Assembly: GCF_964355755.1 (NCBI RefSeq)
Contig: NC_092675.1
Location: 15,968,912-16,032,911, forward strand
Reading direction: 5' to 3'
Origin: Antedon mediterranea
Taxonomy: Eukaryota > Animalia > Echinodermata
Length of the DNA stretch: 64,000 nt
Position numbers and translations under genes: made by a program. Positions within the stretch are counted from its first letter, which is position 1, and each line of letters begins with the position of its first letter. Under the pieces are notes generated by a model, which was given only the letters and a program-made list of their open reading frames with translations, made no database searches and was not told the DNA's origin. Positions 14,290-27,345 of this stretch are shown here, piece by piece.

Positions 14290-16589
14290 TTAACGTTAAC
14301 GATTAAAAAAAAAAAAACAGCATGTAAACTGTATTACGAAAAAACACTTTTTACGAGAGAAGTGTTAACATCTCAAACAATAAAAGTATTTTTAATTATA
14401 ATTTAATTTCTATATTATGTAGGCCTACAGTATCTGATCATTCGTTTATGCACGAATTGTACATTAACTATTGTTAGGCCTTTATGATGACTTTTTGAAA
14501 ATAAATGTTGGATGAAAAAGAACGGAGGTGAATTATTTCAGTAGGATAAGAAATTAGATTTGTTTGAGAAAGATAACGTATAGAATATACTGTGTTTATT
14601 TACCATCCACTCTGTTTGTACCTTCTTCCCAGAGGGCTAATTTGACGAACCCTAAGAGCCAAGCAACACCCTTTCAAAGATACCGGCGGTAATATAGATA
14701 CGGACTGACATTTCAACTTTGTTGGTTTTAATTGTTTCAAACAGCCTGTGAACAGTAGGCTACTTATCTATAAAAAGACAATTTGAAGAGAAAAATTAAA
14801 TAAATAGAAGATAAAATCTCTCTTTTGGTAGTTATTAAGTACATATTTGTACTGAATATAAGTTGAATTAAAAGCATAAACTACAAAAGACAAAAAGTAA
14901 ATATTACCGTCGCAAACATTCCACGAAACATTAATCATTAGAATATTTGAACATTAGTTCATAGGGTTTTGTGATCAGATAATGAACCGCCCTACATTAA
15001 CGTCTGAAAAAAATATGACTATTTTACAATATTGAATATACGGGAAAAGACTATAACAATTCCAATCTACCCACATTAACATAAATCAGTTATATTTATT
15101 CATATCATCGCTTTTTCTTTTATTTTTCCGAAAAACATTAGATTTTATAAAAGAAGTGCCAGAGATCGAATTTTTCTGTGGAATGTTTTCTTGGACAATT
15201 TCTTCTAATCTAATAAATAACGTATAACATAATTAGTTTATCGAGTGTCTTTTTAATTGTAAATATTTATGTGAAGTAGATAACTTGGTTTGTTTTATTT
15301 GGATATATCTTGTTTTATTAAGCTTAATTAGTTAGCAAATAGCAATGAATTAACGTTTCAAAATAACAGGAAAGGACGCGTGTGTAGAACCTTGGAGTAT
15401 ACACCTTTGAAAGCCTGTGGTATGGATCCCTTGGTTTTGAATAAATAAACTAGTTAAAGTTACTCTATACAGTTATAACACAGCCAATGGTAAATTGCTT
15501 AAAAACTGCAGGCGATACTGCAACTTTGATATTATAGAAAACAGTTAAGAACACGAAGCAAGATATTGCATTCTCAGTAATGTGTACCCAGCTGTAGGCG
15601 CTGTATTGTAAGTCAACAGACATATTACTGGCTAGTTTAGAGGGCATGATGTTAGCCTAGCTTTAGCACAGACAACGTCAGTCAAATTGATACTGTAATG
15701 CAACAGTAATGTTAGATCAACATCGACAAGACAGATATTTTAGTTTTGCATGGTAGATAAATAGCGCTATCATATCGATAAGACCTGGTCAATTACAACA
15801 CAGCGTAACGTCATAAACTTTTACTATTTTTGATAGGTATAGGAAAATACTTAATAATATCAAATTAATTTTTTTCTGTAGTAGTAGTCTTTAAAATATG
15901 CATAATTATTAAAATAAAGAGATGCATATCGTAACTAGTGTTTTTACACCTTTTTTTTTTACTTTATCGCTTTATATAGTACCTCGTTAAGAGATTAAAT
16001 AAACATTAAATATCATAACATTGCAATACTAAATAGAAAAAAAACCTTAAATCAAATTCATTTGTTGTGCTAACAATTGTTTGTATCTTTTCAACTTCGA
16101 CCTTGCCATCAGTGGTGTGCATTAGTAAAAACGTTTTCTAGAGACGATATAAAACGAAATTGTATCACCACTGTTTCACTTAATTTACATAATTAGTTCA
16201 AAGTTCAACATGGACTCCATTCCCTGCTTTCTTTGGTATTTTGACAAGTAGCATTTTATTGTAACTGTCAATCATAAATCAAATATGTTCTTTCTCTTAC
16301 AAATATGAAATCATCCTCAGAACTATTTCTCGTAATTATCGCAGCCGTGTAAGAATAACACTCCCCACGTGGTGCTGTGATGGGTTTATCGAAATCGGAC
16401 TTAAATAAACAGTGTGGTACCAAATGAGAAAAATGTATTCCTTTTGCAGTTATTTTTTTTATTCTTACAAAATGGTATGACACATCACATAACAAGCGAT
16501 ACTGTGATTGGCTAAGACCTACTTTGTTTTTAACAAACGAAATTGTTGTTGAAACATAAGATGTGGGCCTAAATAAACCAACAGATAGA

Positions 16590-16830
16590 TTATCAATCAA
16601 TCAATCAATCAATAATAAATTGTATTTCTCAAATAAAAATAAAAGTAAAGATAACATAAAATAATACATAATAAATGAGAAAAGGGGTACCCCACTGAAA
16701 GCTTAAGCTTTAAAATGCTTAAGATGTGGGGTCCAGGCAACATATTTAAGTAAGGTAAGGTAAGAAACAAAAAGTAAAATATCAATATGATAATGAGCAA
16801 AAAAGGTATTTATCTTAACGAATGCAGTTA
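16590..16830 (-). mobile_element. 3' end of a CR1/L2-like LINE
   Basis: On the minus strand: stem-loop ACCCCAC...GTGGGGT, T-rich 3' UTR and an (ATTG)n tail at 16590-16611. Confidence 0.55.
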
Positions 16831-17269
16831 TAATTTAACTTAAAACAGATATATTATAACTATAAGGTAAATATATGTTGAGACTAGGTTACGTAGGCCT
16901 ATAGTATTTTACTTTATAAGTAATTATGTTAATTGAAAAGGAATAAATCCAGTTACAATGTAATTTGCCAACATCTATTCAAATTACGACCAAAATAAGA
17001 CCTGATGACTGATGTGCATCCTGATATTCATTTTGGATTTGAAAGAGTATTCGTATAGGCCTATTGTTATTATTTAAATATCATATAGAAACTCTAGCAT
17101 TGCTTTCGTTATCTGTATATAACTTCCCATCCTTTTTATCATTCTTTTTTATGGAAAAGAGTGGCCTAGAATGTTTCTTTTCATACTGTAATTATTCGTT
17201 ACAATAATTTAATTTTGAATATGTCGACTAAATTATTCTAAAAAGACATGTTGAAAAAAAGCCAGATAT

Positions 17270-17651
17270 AAATATTATCGATATGGAATTTGCAAAGGTT
17301 TTTTATGTGTTTGTGTACATTTAATATTACAAATATCAAAGAATTATCTTTAGTTAAGATTCAAATAAAAGTTAATTTTAAAATAAAATTGTTAACGTAC
17401 CCAGTTCAACTATACGATGAATTACGCATGTTGCAAAAACACACAAGGTTAAGTAGTAAATTAAATAAAAAAACAATAAAATCGAAAACAGACACAAATA
17501 TTATCAAGATGGAATTTGCAAATGTTGGTGTTTTAAATGTATTATTCTTGAAAAATACTGTTGATACTGCAAATACTACATATATCAAAGAAATATCTTA
17601 AGATTCAAATAAAACTTTACAAAGTTCAACTGTACGATGAAATACGCATGT
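17270..17651. repeat. Diverged tandem duplication (~225-bp period)
   Basis: aaatattatc..atggaatttgcaaa...atatcaaagaa.tatctt..agattcaaataaaa...agttcaact.tacgatgaa.tacgcatgt occurs at ~17270-17431 and ~17497-17651. Confidence 0.75.
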
Positions 17652-20600
17652 CATGGACGCAGAACAGTTAAATAAAATCAAATGATTGCAACTCCAACGG
17701 CTTGTTCTGACACTACATGTCTTCTTCAGATTTGAGATATCTTTAAACAGACTTTACAGTTAATCATACAATTACAAGCGAAACATAGTCCTATATAACA
17801 TTACCAGCTAGATAGAAAGTGTTTCTGTCGCTAAACATGATAAGACCAAGATATCATTTATCGTGAAACATGGTGAAACTTGATAACCTGAATATACAAC
17901 ACTTTGTCACATATAAAAGTACATGTAATAGGATTTTAATAGATAGTCATCTTAACTCGAGACAAGGTAAGCCGTTGTCTTCACCAACCGAGATATCATT
18001 AATTTCTACAGAGAAAGAAATTAACAGTTTGGAAGAGACTGGGTGTTTACTTGCTGAGTTTTTGACAGTTTAAGGAAGCTACTTCTCTTCACAGATGTAA
18101 AACATAGGGTGTATGTAATGAATTGAAGACGGGGGTGCATTGTAAAACCAATAAAGTTGTATAACTTTTAATCAAAGACACTGTGGTGTATCATCTTTTA
18201 AATTGTATTTGTGTTAAATGTACTTATGCCTACTATATTATTTAAAGTTTAAAATATAAAAAATACACTGTGTCATCTTATGTTCTATAAAGTTTGCCCG
18301 ACAAGACAGACATTTCGTTTTGACGAGACCTATCTAATGACATTCAAATAACATATCTATTTCAATTTGATTGGTCTTGTGGTGCGATGACAAATTACCC
18401 GAGCAATGCACCGGTACATCATTTTCCTTAAAGTTATGTAAAGTTTGTTATTGTTTTATACCACCTGACCATACAAAACAACAAAAAGGTGTGTCCTTAA
18501 CAATAATTGAGCAATGTCATAATGTTTATGTGTAAATTCACCTTCAATTTGTCGTGAATTTTCCAACTGTTTTATTCCAGAGGCGATACCAGCAGTGTGA
18601 TTCGTGAGTGTGGGTATTACCAACTAGTATTTGTTTTTAATTACACAAATTGCCAACTGTTAGACTTTGTCATTAAAGCACGGTTGTGGTGATATTAGCT
18701 GTCACTAAGATGAATACAAATTTACACGTAGCTGTTGGAATATGCAATTCTAAAATACCTAGCGTTAAATATGATGTCAAAATTGAAATCTGATTTCAAT
18801 TGAATTCGTAATCATCACCAATTTCAAAAAGACCCGGAAGTTATCGGAGCAAAGATCACATGAATGTTACACTCATTGTTAGTTACCGATATCTTCTGAT
18901 TTCAATTTTGCTAAATCTGATTATGCATCTGAAACCCTATACAATATGAGCCCTCTCGATTAATGTCCATAACGTATTTAGGAATTGTATGGGAACGAAG
19001 CTTAGTTATCAAACACATGTTATCAAACTAAGTTTGGGGAAATTTCGATCCAATACCAATGTTTTCTCTGATCTGTAACGCCTAAAAAAACCTAAAAAAG
19101 CCCAATATATTCGATTGTAATAATAGTGTAGGCCTAATCATTTTGCTAATATTAAACATTTTCATCTTTATTTATAACTAAACTTGTTTTGTAAGTGGAT
19201 TTTTATTTTAAAATAAACTGTATTAAACATGTTAATTGCAATTAAAACAGCTTCATTCATTTATTATACCATATTATAACAATACTTTTTTATTGGCTTT
19301 ATTCAATGGGAAAGCAACAACCAATGTGTTCTTAATTTGAGGAGACTGCGGTAGTGTATGTTTTTAGTACGTAACTCAATTTAAGTTACACATCTGTCAA
19401 TACTGGTTCATCGTAATCGGGAACTGTTATTTATCAATTCATTGTTAAGTTATTGTATATGCCATAAGCAACCTAAGTTGACGTATCATGCAGTATGATT
19501 GACAGTGTAGATTGAAGTAACAGTCAGAAAGCTAGCCCCGCCCAGCTGGGTTTGTTTGCAAGAGCAGAGAGGTGGATGGCAAAGTGAACGGTATCCCGCG
19601 GTCACGACAAATTGCAGTCAGTTCAGCCAGACCATAACCATGGCGTTCAAATTACTTTGATGCATTTCAAAATCTATGACATATTAAGGCGCCCAGACTA
19701 GGCCATTCACCATACATCTTTAGCCAGTGTTACCAATGTTCAGGGGAACACTGTGCTGTAAAAACATTCTAGCATGGCCTGTATCTCACCAAGGACTGCT
19801 ATACAAGGAACTCGACATGACTTTCGGAACCTGTGGTCAGCTAAATATTTTTCTATGATCAATATTTTGTCAAGATATAAAAGCAAACATTCTTTGAGCA
19901 TGCGCAATTATGAAATAACGTGATGTCACAGAAGTTCATGGTACTGAATTTACCAAAGAAACTTTTGTGAATATTTAAAAAATAAGTTTTTGTTGATTAA
20001 AATGGCAAATAAAATGGAAATGAATTGAGAGTTCGTAGAACACTTTAGAAAACTTTTCTTGAGTTTGAAATCAATAGTTTGTCAGTGTAGACTAGGTTGA
20101 ACTGCACAACTTACTACCACTGATAAATACAAGTTTTAAGCTATGACATCATTCTTGAATAAATGAACGCGAAAACAAAGTAGAGGACATAAAATTACGA
20201 TATATTGTCCACCTGAAGAAATAATCTATTAGAAAAAATTATTTATTTTTATTTTTATTTATTTCATGTTTTGAGAAACAATACGTCTTTATATAATATA
20301 CACCGATGACTTTATTGTGCAATAAGGTTGATTACTATTCTGGGTCTTATGCAAGAAAACATTTGACACTGAACGCAACAAAATGTTAAAGGAAAAGTTG
20401 TAAGTTTTTAAGATCTAAACATTTATACAAGTATTAATCTCGGTAAGTTTAATAGACAATAACATAGTTAAACTGTCGCCATCTGACAGATAGCGATTGC
20501 ATTCTGTTATTATTACCCACTAATGTACTTCTTTTATTTTATTGTAACATCAAGGATATATTGAATGGCTTAAAAAGACCTTTTCATAAGCCTTTAAAAC

Positions 20601-21130
20601 AGATTTAAGAACCATTTAAGAGCTTATATACAAACAAATTGTGTTTAATTACCTTTTGTTGAAAGTCGGGGATAATAGTTAAGGATTAAAAGAACAAAAC
20701 AAAGTAGAAATGGATAAGGTTTCAATAGCACATAAGTAACATCAAATGAAGTAACAAAGTTAAGAATACTTAGAATTATAGAAATCTTCACGATAAAGGA
20801 CTTTAGAGTACAGCTGCTTTGGTGGTAATACGTTTAACGATACGATACCATCCCTTAAATTTAAAGCAAATCTTGTCGATTGAATAGCGATTCATTAACT
20901 ACACACTTATTTTGTTTTTCAAACAACGTTTGATGGGAGAATATACCTAAGCTTAACTAAACGTCTGCTTTCAATAGGAGAGTGTAGTATGCATAGCGCA
21001 GCTAATAATTTTATCCACAAAACATTACCGGTATTACTTGCACCCGGCTTGTGCGCGTTGCTATAATCTTTTTCATTTTTTTTCTCTTTCGTGGGGGTCA
21101 CCCACATTTATTCATTCCTTATAAAAATAT

Positions 21131-21603
21131 ATTTTGACACATGTGAGCCCGATAAACAAAAACAAGGAAACAAGTATTGGTTGTAAAGTTATTTAATATG
21201 AATGGCAAGTCATCGTTGCAGCATGCACGTAAAAGGAAAACATAAAAAAGGAACATTGGGATGCTCTGAAAGGGCCAAAACACATGTCTCAAAATCGTAA
21301 TTGAAAACAAAATAAAGAGGGAGTGGAGGGAGGGAAGTGAAAATTATTTTACTTAGCCAAAAACTGGCGTGGTAATCTGTTGACAGCGTGAGGTGAAGAG
21401 GATGAGATGCTCACGCTGTCAAAAGATGATTGCGAGGGCGCCCCGCAATCACGTGATTTTGACACATGTGAGCCCGATAAACAAAAACAAGGAAACAAGT
21501 ATTGGTTGTAAAGTTATTTAATATGAATGGCAAGTCATCGTTGCAGCATGCACGTAAAAGGAAAACATAAAAAAGGAACATTGGGATGCTCTGAAAGGGC
21601 CAA
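21131..21603 (-). repeat. 3' split direct repeats B1-A2-B2 of the Ngaro element
   Basis: The 148-bp B repeat is identical at 21131-21278 and 21456-21603. The 123-bp A repeat at 21335-21457 is identical to 28080-28202. Confidence 0.95.
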
Positions 21604-21681
21604 CACAGTTGGCAACGAAGGGGCCAACGAAGCAGCCCAAATTAAGTGCAGGTAGAACCGATGACAAGCCATTCAGATGAT

Positions 21682-22116
21682 GGTGCAACATATGTTGACA
21701 CCCAGAACGTATAGAAACTATCTACATAGTCTACCTGGAGCAACATGTGTTGACTCCAGTACCCGGTTGACCATTAGCGCCTGATAGGTGGAGCAACCAA
21801 ATATTGACATCGAAAAACGTATAGAAACACCTACATTAGTCTACCTGGAGCAACATGTGTTGACTCCAGTACATGTTTAAACATTTTAATTAGGTAGGCA
21901 GTGTAATCAAATGTTGGCACCGAAAAACGTATAGAAACAATCTACATTAGTCTGCCTGGGGCAACATGTGTTGACTCCAGTACGCGTTTGAGAATTGAGT
22001 TTAATAAACGGTGCAACACCGAAAACATATAAATAACTTATTAGTCTACCTGGAGCAACGTGTTGACTCCGATTGAACATATGATTATAATTGGCGGTGC
22101 AACCTATGCTGTCACC
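21682..22116. repeat. Array of related hairpin units in the 3' non-coding part of the Ngaro element (~110-bp dimeric period)
   Basis: tagtctacctggagcaacatgtgttgactccagtac occurs four times, alternating with ggtgcaac..atgttgacacc-type units. Confidence 0.85.
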
Positions 22117-22269
22117 GAAAGAAAACAAAAATAAAATAAGTAAAATGATATACAGAAAAAATAAGTATCAACTTTGTTTAAGCTTGACGCTTAATACCCA
22201 GTCATGCTTAGGAAATATGCCAACCAGCCAGCACCCATATTTACAACGCTGTATTTGACAAAGTTATGT

Positions 22270-22900
22270 GGTTCGACCATCGTCCAAAAATCAAAATGTC
22301 TTGGTGAGAGTGTCAAAGTTGGTGAAGGTCGGTAGCTCGACCGATTCTGAAAGAATGAGTGTTAAACTGTGTATGTTCCAGACTAGCATGGCGAGCTAAT
22401 TGTTTATAGCATTAGTGTGTGTTCTGCGGCCTTGGAGACTACTGCTTCACTGGCTCTGAGGCATGCGAAGTAACATATTATGAACAAGGCTCTGTATAGG
22501 ATGAATTCGTATTTGGATTTCATGCTACCTCGCATATGTCCAATTAGCGTTACAAGAATGTCGGAGGTGACCGGCGGTCTGATCGGTTTGGATGGAGAGT
22601 TCGTTTTTTGTTTCGCTACTCCTCTGCATAAATTGCTGACTGCTGGATTTGCGGTAAGGTCTTCCATAAATGATACCCTGTGCACGAATGACACTGGGCT
22701 AAGGTAGTTTCGAATCGTGGAAATCGCCAGTGCATTTTTAGTCAGCTTACTTACATAGAGAACAATTGTCTGTGGAGTCGCTGGCAGCGGAAGGCTTAGT
22801 GATTTCCCGAATTGGTTAAAATGCCATTTGCTTTTATAGTTACTAGCGGTTCATTTACTTAATGAGTTCCACATTAGCTCTCGTGTGAGGATCTTGAGTT
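22270..22900 (-). pseudogene. Tyrosine recombinase (YR) of the Ngaro element, disrupted
   Basis: Motifs TIRNYLSPVSFVHR, LFIICYFACLRASE (catalytic R), FNTHSFRIG (HxxR) and GRWS. In-frame stops are present and the RASE-to-HSFR interval is much shorter than normal. Confidence 0.88.
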
Positions 22901-24180
22901 GTTTAGTGGTTCGAAGTAGATTGGTTGTAAGTGCTTTGGTATCTTTAGCGGTGTGCGGTTCATACTGTGCTCCTCTAGCATGGCCTCCGTTTCCTGAAAA
23001 CGAGAAAGAGCGTCACATATCCTGTTTTGCTTACCAGGGATGTGCCTGGCTGTAAACTGAATGTTGTTTAGTAGTAACAAAAGGACGATAGCGCGAACCA
23101 CTCTCATGACCTTTTCGTTTGATGACAATTTTTTGTTAAGCACATATACATCAGCTAGGTTATCACAGTGGAAAACTACATGGGTGTTGGCTAGCTGTTT
23201 TGCAAAAATCGAAAGCATGACATAGATGGGGTAAATTTTGAGAACCATGATGTCGAACATTTTCCAAGTTTCCGGCCAGCGGCCTTGAATCCAGAACTTT
23301 TGGAAGGTCGCACCAAGTGCGGTTTTTGAGGCATCAGAGAAGAAATGTAAACGCTGCGAGTCAAATTTTTGTGGGGGTGAAAAATGGTAACGCCATTGTG
23401 TTTGCTAAGAAAGTCGGCCCAAATTTGGAGATCCTCCTTTGCTGAGTCAGAAAGGTGAATAGTTGAAAAGGGGTTAGTTAGACCGGCCGTTAGGGCATTA
23501 AGCCTTCTTAGGAACGCCAGTCCAGAGGGTATAACCCAGGTGGCAAATTGTAGCTTTTCAAAGAGATTGGGGGGCTCTCAATGTAATTGAGTGAAGTTTT
23601 GAACTTTAAAGGGAGTAACGTAATTTTATTATCTCAGATGGAAGCCTGTCTTACATTTTCTGTAAATCAAGTTCAATACCCAGGAAGGAAATGGTGGTGG
23701 TGGGTGAAATTGTTTTGTGCGGTGCTAGAGGTATGCCACCGCGGTTAGCAAGCGCCTTGGATATCTTCAAGGAGTTCGCACACAGTTGGTGTGTGTCTTC
23801 AATGGAGGATGTCGTCTAATATTTTCACGTTATTGGGCTGTTTTAACTTTTTTATAAGGAAAAATTTCACTCCGTCAGAAAACTTATTGAATATTTGACA
23901 CGAAGATCCGCCGCCTTGGGGAAGCGTTTTATCGTAGTAATACTGGCCTAACCACGTGAAACCTGTGAGGTGATATTGAGTGGGATGTAAATGTATTAGT
24001 CTGTATGCGTCACTGGTGTCCGTCTTGGCCATGAATGCCGGGTGATTGTGTATGTCAATTATGTCTATTGCGTTGGCAATTGTTTCGTAATGAACTGTTA
24101 TGCAAAACCCAGGGATGTTGTGATTGACAGCGTTTGAGTCGTAGGGATAGGAGAGGTTGTGGAGGATACGACATTTTTCA
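22874..24180 (-). pseudogene. Reverse transcriptase / RNase H of the Ngaro element, frameshifted
   Basis: RT motifs RILHNLSYP, AKTDTSDAYRLI, YYDKTLPQGGGSSCQIF and ILDD; RNaseH motifs FFSDAS, FHCDN and HIPGKQNRICDALSRFQ. These are spread over several frames. Confidence 0.92.
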
Positions 24181-24317
24181 GGTACGGAATTTCCGGAAGG
24201 TTGTTGATGATAGCTTGGGAGTTAGTTGCTGTAAAAGCAGCCCCATGTAAGGTAGAAGCCATGAGCAAAACATAGGGTTAAGCGTGGTGTTTGTAACCAG
24301 ATAGGAGTGCGCTTATT

Positions 24318-25039
24318 CTAGTGGGAATTATTGGGATCCCGAGCACTGAAAAACGAGTGGCGATATTGACAGTTTGTCTGGACACATCTATTGAATCTGT
24401 TATGGTAGGAGAAGCCGAGTGGACGCTCCACGGTTGGATGGGTTAGAGGTTTATGGTTAGCTCGTTGCGTCTAGTTTATGCAGGAGGTCGGCTCGAACAG
24501 ATGACCAAGAGCAAAGTGTGTACTCAGTAGCCATTCGAAATTATCAGTCGTAAAAGTACCATTAATTTGGATGACTGCGCATGAGGTATTTAATATACTT
24601 AAAATAATTAAGATGTCCTGTGTATATTTACTTAAATAAAATTGTGGCAAAGTCGTGAAAGGCCTAGTGCCAGTTGTGTTCGTTTAAGATGCAGCATTTG
24701 GGCTTAGGCACAAGTTCAAAGGTACCAGTGAACGTTGGCGTCAAAGCTTCCGCTGCGCTGTTGAAGTCGAGCAGATTGTGCAGCTCGATGAATTTGTGGG
24801 AGATTATTTTCTCTTTAAGTTTTTGACAAGGTAGGGGGTTTGAGGAAGAGAGCTGCCGGTAGGTTCGGCTTAGCGACATTAATCTCAACCACAGAAGTTA
24901 CCAGGGTTTTGACGATATGCCTCATGTCCTTTAATTCTTATTTATGTCAAATTCAGGTACTGGCACATTTCTTTTTTTTTTTTTTTTTTTTTTGGTGCCG
25001 TATTTTTTACCTCTTGTTAGTTCTTTTCCGTCCTGACAT
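24318..25039 (-). pseudogene. gag-like ORF1 of the Ngaro element, disrupted
   Basis: Segment KLKEKIISHKFIELHNLL, a degenerate Cys/His C-terminus (FNRCVQTNCQYRH), position upstream of RT, and a candidate ACCATG start at 25039. Confidence 0.6.
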
Positions 25040-25194
25040 GGTGTACCTGTAAGAAAATCGTTGTGCAATTAAGACGGAAAGAAAGATGTTTGTGGACAGA
25101 TATCATCAAGTTGCAGGGGAAAAGGGCCCTGCAACCATGTTAAAGGAGGAAAAAAAAAAAGATTGGAGACAAAAGTCAGCATTGGGGTAGAGAA

Positions 25195-27345
25195 TGAAAC
25201 CAGCATGAGTCATTTAAAGAAATGCTGTACTTAGGAGGGTGATAAGACACCACCGCCGTATGGGGTGATAGTAGGGGGACCAGCATGAGTCATATAACCA
25301 GCATGAGTCATATAATGAATGCTGTACTTAAGAGCATGAGTGATAAAACACCGCCGTATGTGGGGGTAGTTAATGAACCAGCATAAGTAATTATGCGGTG
25401 GTAGTAGGGAAACCAGCATGAGTCATATAATGAATACTGTACTTAAGAGCATGAGTGATAAAAACACCGCCGTATGTGGGGGTGGGTAATGAACCAGCAT
25501 AAGAAATTATGTGGTGGTAGTAGGGTTAATGAACCAGCATAAGGCATAAGTAATTATGTGGTGGTAATAGGGGAACCAGCATGAGTCATAATATAATGAA
25601 TGAACCAGCATAAGAAATTATGTGGTGGTAGTAGTCATATAATGGTAAACCAGCATAAGAAATTTAAGGTGGTAGTAGTCATATAATGGTAAACCAGCAT
25701 AAGAAATTATGTGGTGGTAGTAGTCATATAATGGTGAACCAGCATAAGAAATTATGTGGTGGTAGTAGTCATATAATGGTAAACCAGCATAAGAAATTAT
25801 GTGGTGGTAGTAGTCATATAATGGTAAACCAGCATAAGAAATTATGTGGTGGTAGTAGTCATATAATGGTGAACCAGCATAAGAAATTATGTGGTGGTAG
25901 TAGTCATATAATGGTAAACCAGCCTAAGAAATTATGTGGTGGTAGTAGTCATATAATGGTAAACCAGCATAAGAAATTATGTGGTGGTAGTAGTCATATA
26001 ATGGTAAACCAGCATAAGAAATTATGTGGTGGTAGTAGTCATATAATGGTGAACCAGCATAAGAAATTATGTGGTGGTAGTAGTCATATAATGGTAAACC
26101 AGCATAAGAAATTATGTGGTGGTAGTAGTCATATAATGGTAAACCAGCATAAGAAATTATGTGGTGGTAGTAGTCATATAATGGTAAACCAGCATAAGAA
26201 ATTATGTGGTGGTAGTAGTCATATAATGGTAAACCAGCATAAGAAATTATGTGGTGGTAGTAGTCATATAATGGTAAAACCAGCATAAGAAATTATGTGG
26301 TGGTAGTAGTCATATAATGGTGAACCAGCATAAGAAATTATGTGGTGGTAGTAGTCATATAATGGTGAACCAGCATAAGAAATTATGTGGTGGTAGTAGT
26401 CATATAATGGTGAACCAGCATAAGAAATTATGTGGTGGTAGTAGTCATATAATGGTAAACCAGCATAAGAAATTATGTGGTGGTAGTAGTCATATAATGG
26501 TGAACCAGCATAAGAAATTATGTGGTGGTAGTAGTCATATAATGGTAAACCAGCATAAGAAATTATGTGGTGGTAGTAGTCATATAATGGTGAACCAGCA
26601 TAAGAAATTATGTGGTGGTAGTAGTCATATAATGGTAAACCAGCATAAGAAATTATGTGGTGGTAGTATTCATATAATGGTAAACCAGCATAAGAAATTA
26701 TGTGGTGGTAGTATTCATATAATGGTGAACCAGCATAAGAAATTATGTGGTGGTAGTAGTCATATAATGGTAAACCAGCATAAGAAATTATGTGGTGGTA
26801 GTATTCATATAATGGTGAACCAGCATAAGAAATTATGTGGTGGTAGTAGTGAAACCAGCATGAGTCATATAACCAGCATGAGTCATATAAAGAATGCTGT
26901 ACTTAAGGGCATGAGTGATAAAACACCGCCGTATGTGGAGGTAGGTAATGAACCAGCATAAGAAATTATGTGGTGGTAAAAGGGTTAATAAACCAGCATA
27001 AGAAATTATGTGGTGGTAGTAGTAAAACCAGCATGAGTCATAAAATGAATGCTGTACTTAAGAGCATGAGTGATAAAACACCGCCGTATGTGGGGGTAGG
27101 TAATGAACCAGCATAAGAAATTATGTGGTGGTAGTAGGGAAACCAGCATGAGTCATGTAATGAATGCTGTACTTAAGAGCATGAGTAATATAATGAACCA
27201 GCATAAGAAATTATGTGGTGGAGTAGGGAAACCAGCATGAGTCATATAATGAATGCTGTACTTAAGAGCATGAGTAATAAAGGAGTCTTAATATAATGAA
27301 GATGAACTTGGGGAACCAGCAAGAGTCATAAGATGAATGCTATAC
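25195..27345. repeat. Complex minisatellite: ~28 x 45-bp core (about 25603-26850) flanked by modular higher-order repeats
   Basis: Core unit ATATAATGGTRAACCAGCATAAGAAATTATGTGGTGGTAGTAGTC. The flanks recombine AACCAGCATGAGTCAT, ATGAATGCTGTACTTAAGAGCATGAGT and AAACACCGCCGTATGTGGGGG modules. Confidence 0.97.

Noticed and set aside
10198-18801. Isolated palindromes at 10198-10227 and 18781-18801
   Set aside because: Single AT-rich inverted repeats with no supporting context.
21682-22116. CRISPR array or known ribozyme in the hairpin array
   Set aside because: The spacers are partly homologous, there are no cas genes, and I found no CUGANGA/GAAA core on either strand. Kept only as a structured-repeat finding.
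25603-26850. CRISPR array
   Set aside because: The units are head-to-tail with no unique spacers, there are no cas genes, and the context is eukaryotic.
25686-26961. 200-aa and 214-aa ORFs of MVNQHKKLCGGSSHI repeats (and the antisense LPLYDYYHHIISYAG ORF)
   Set aside because: By-products of a 45-bp (multiple of 3) minisatellite; a 1-bp indel at ~26280 breaks the frame and there is no unique coding flank.
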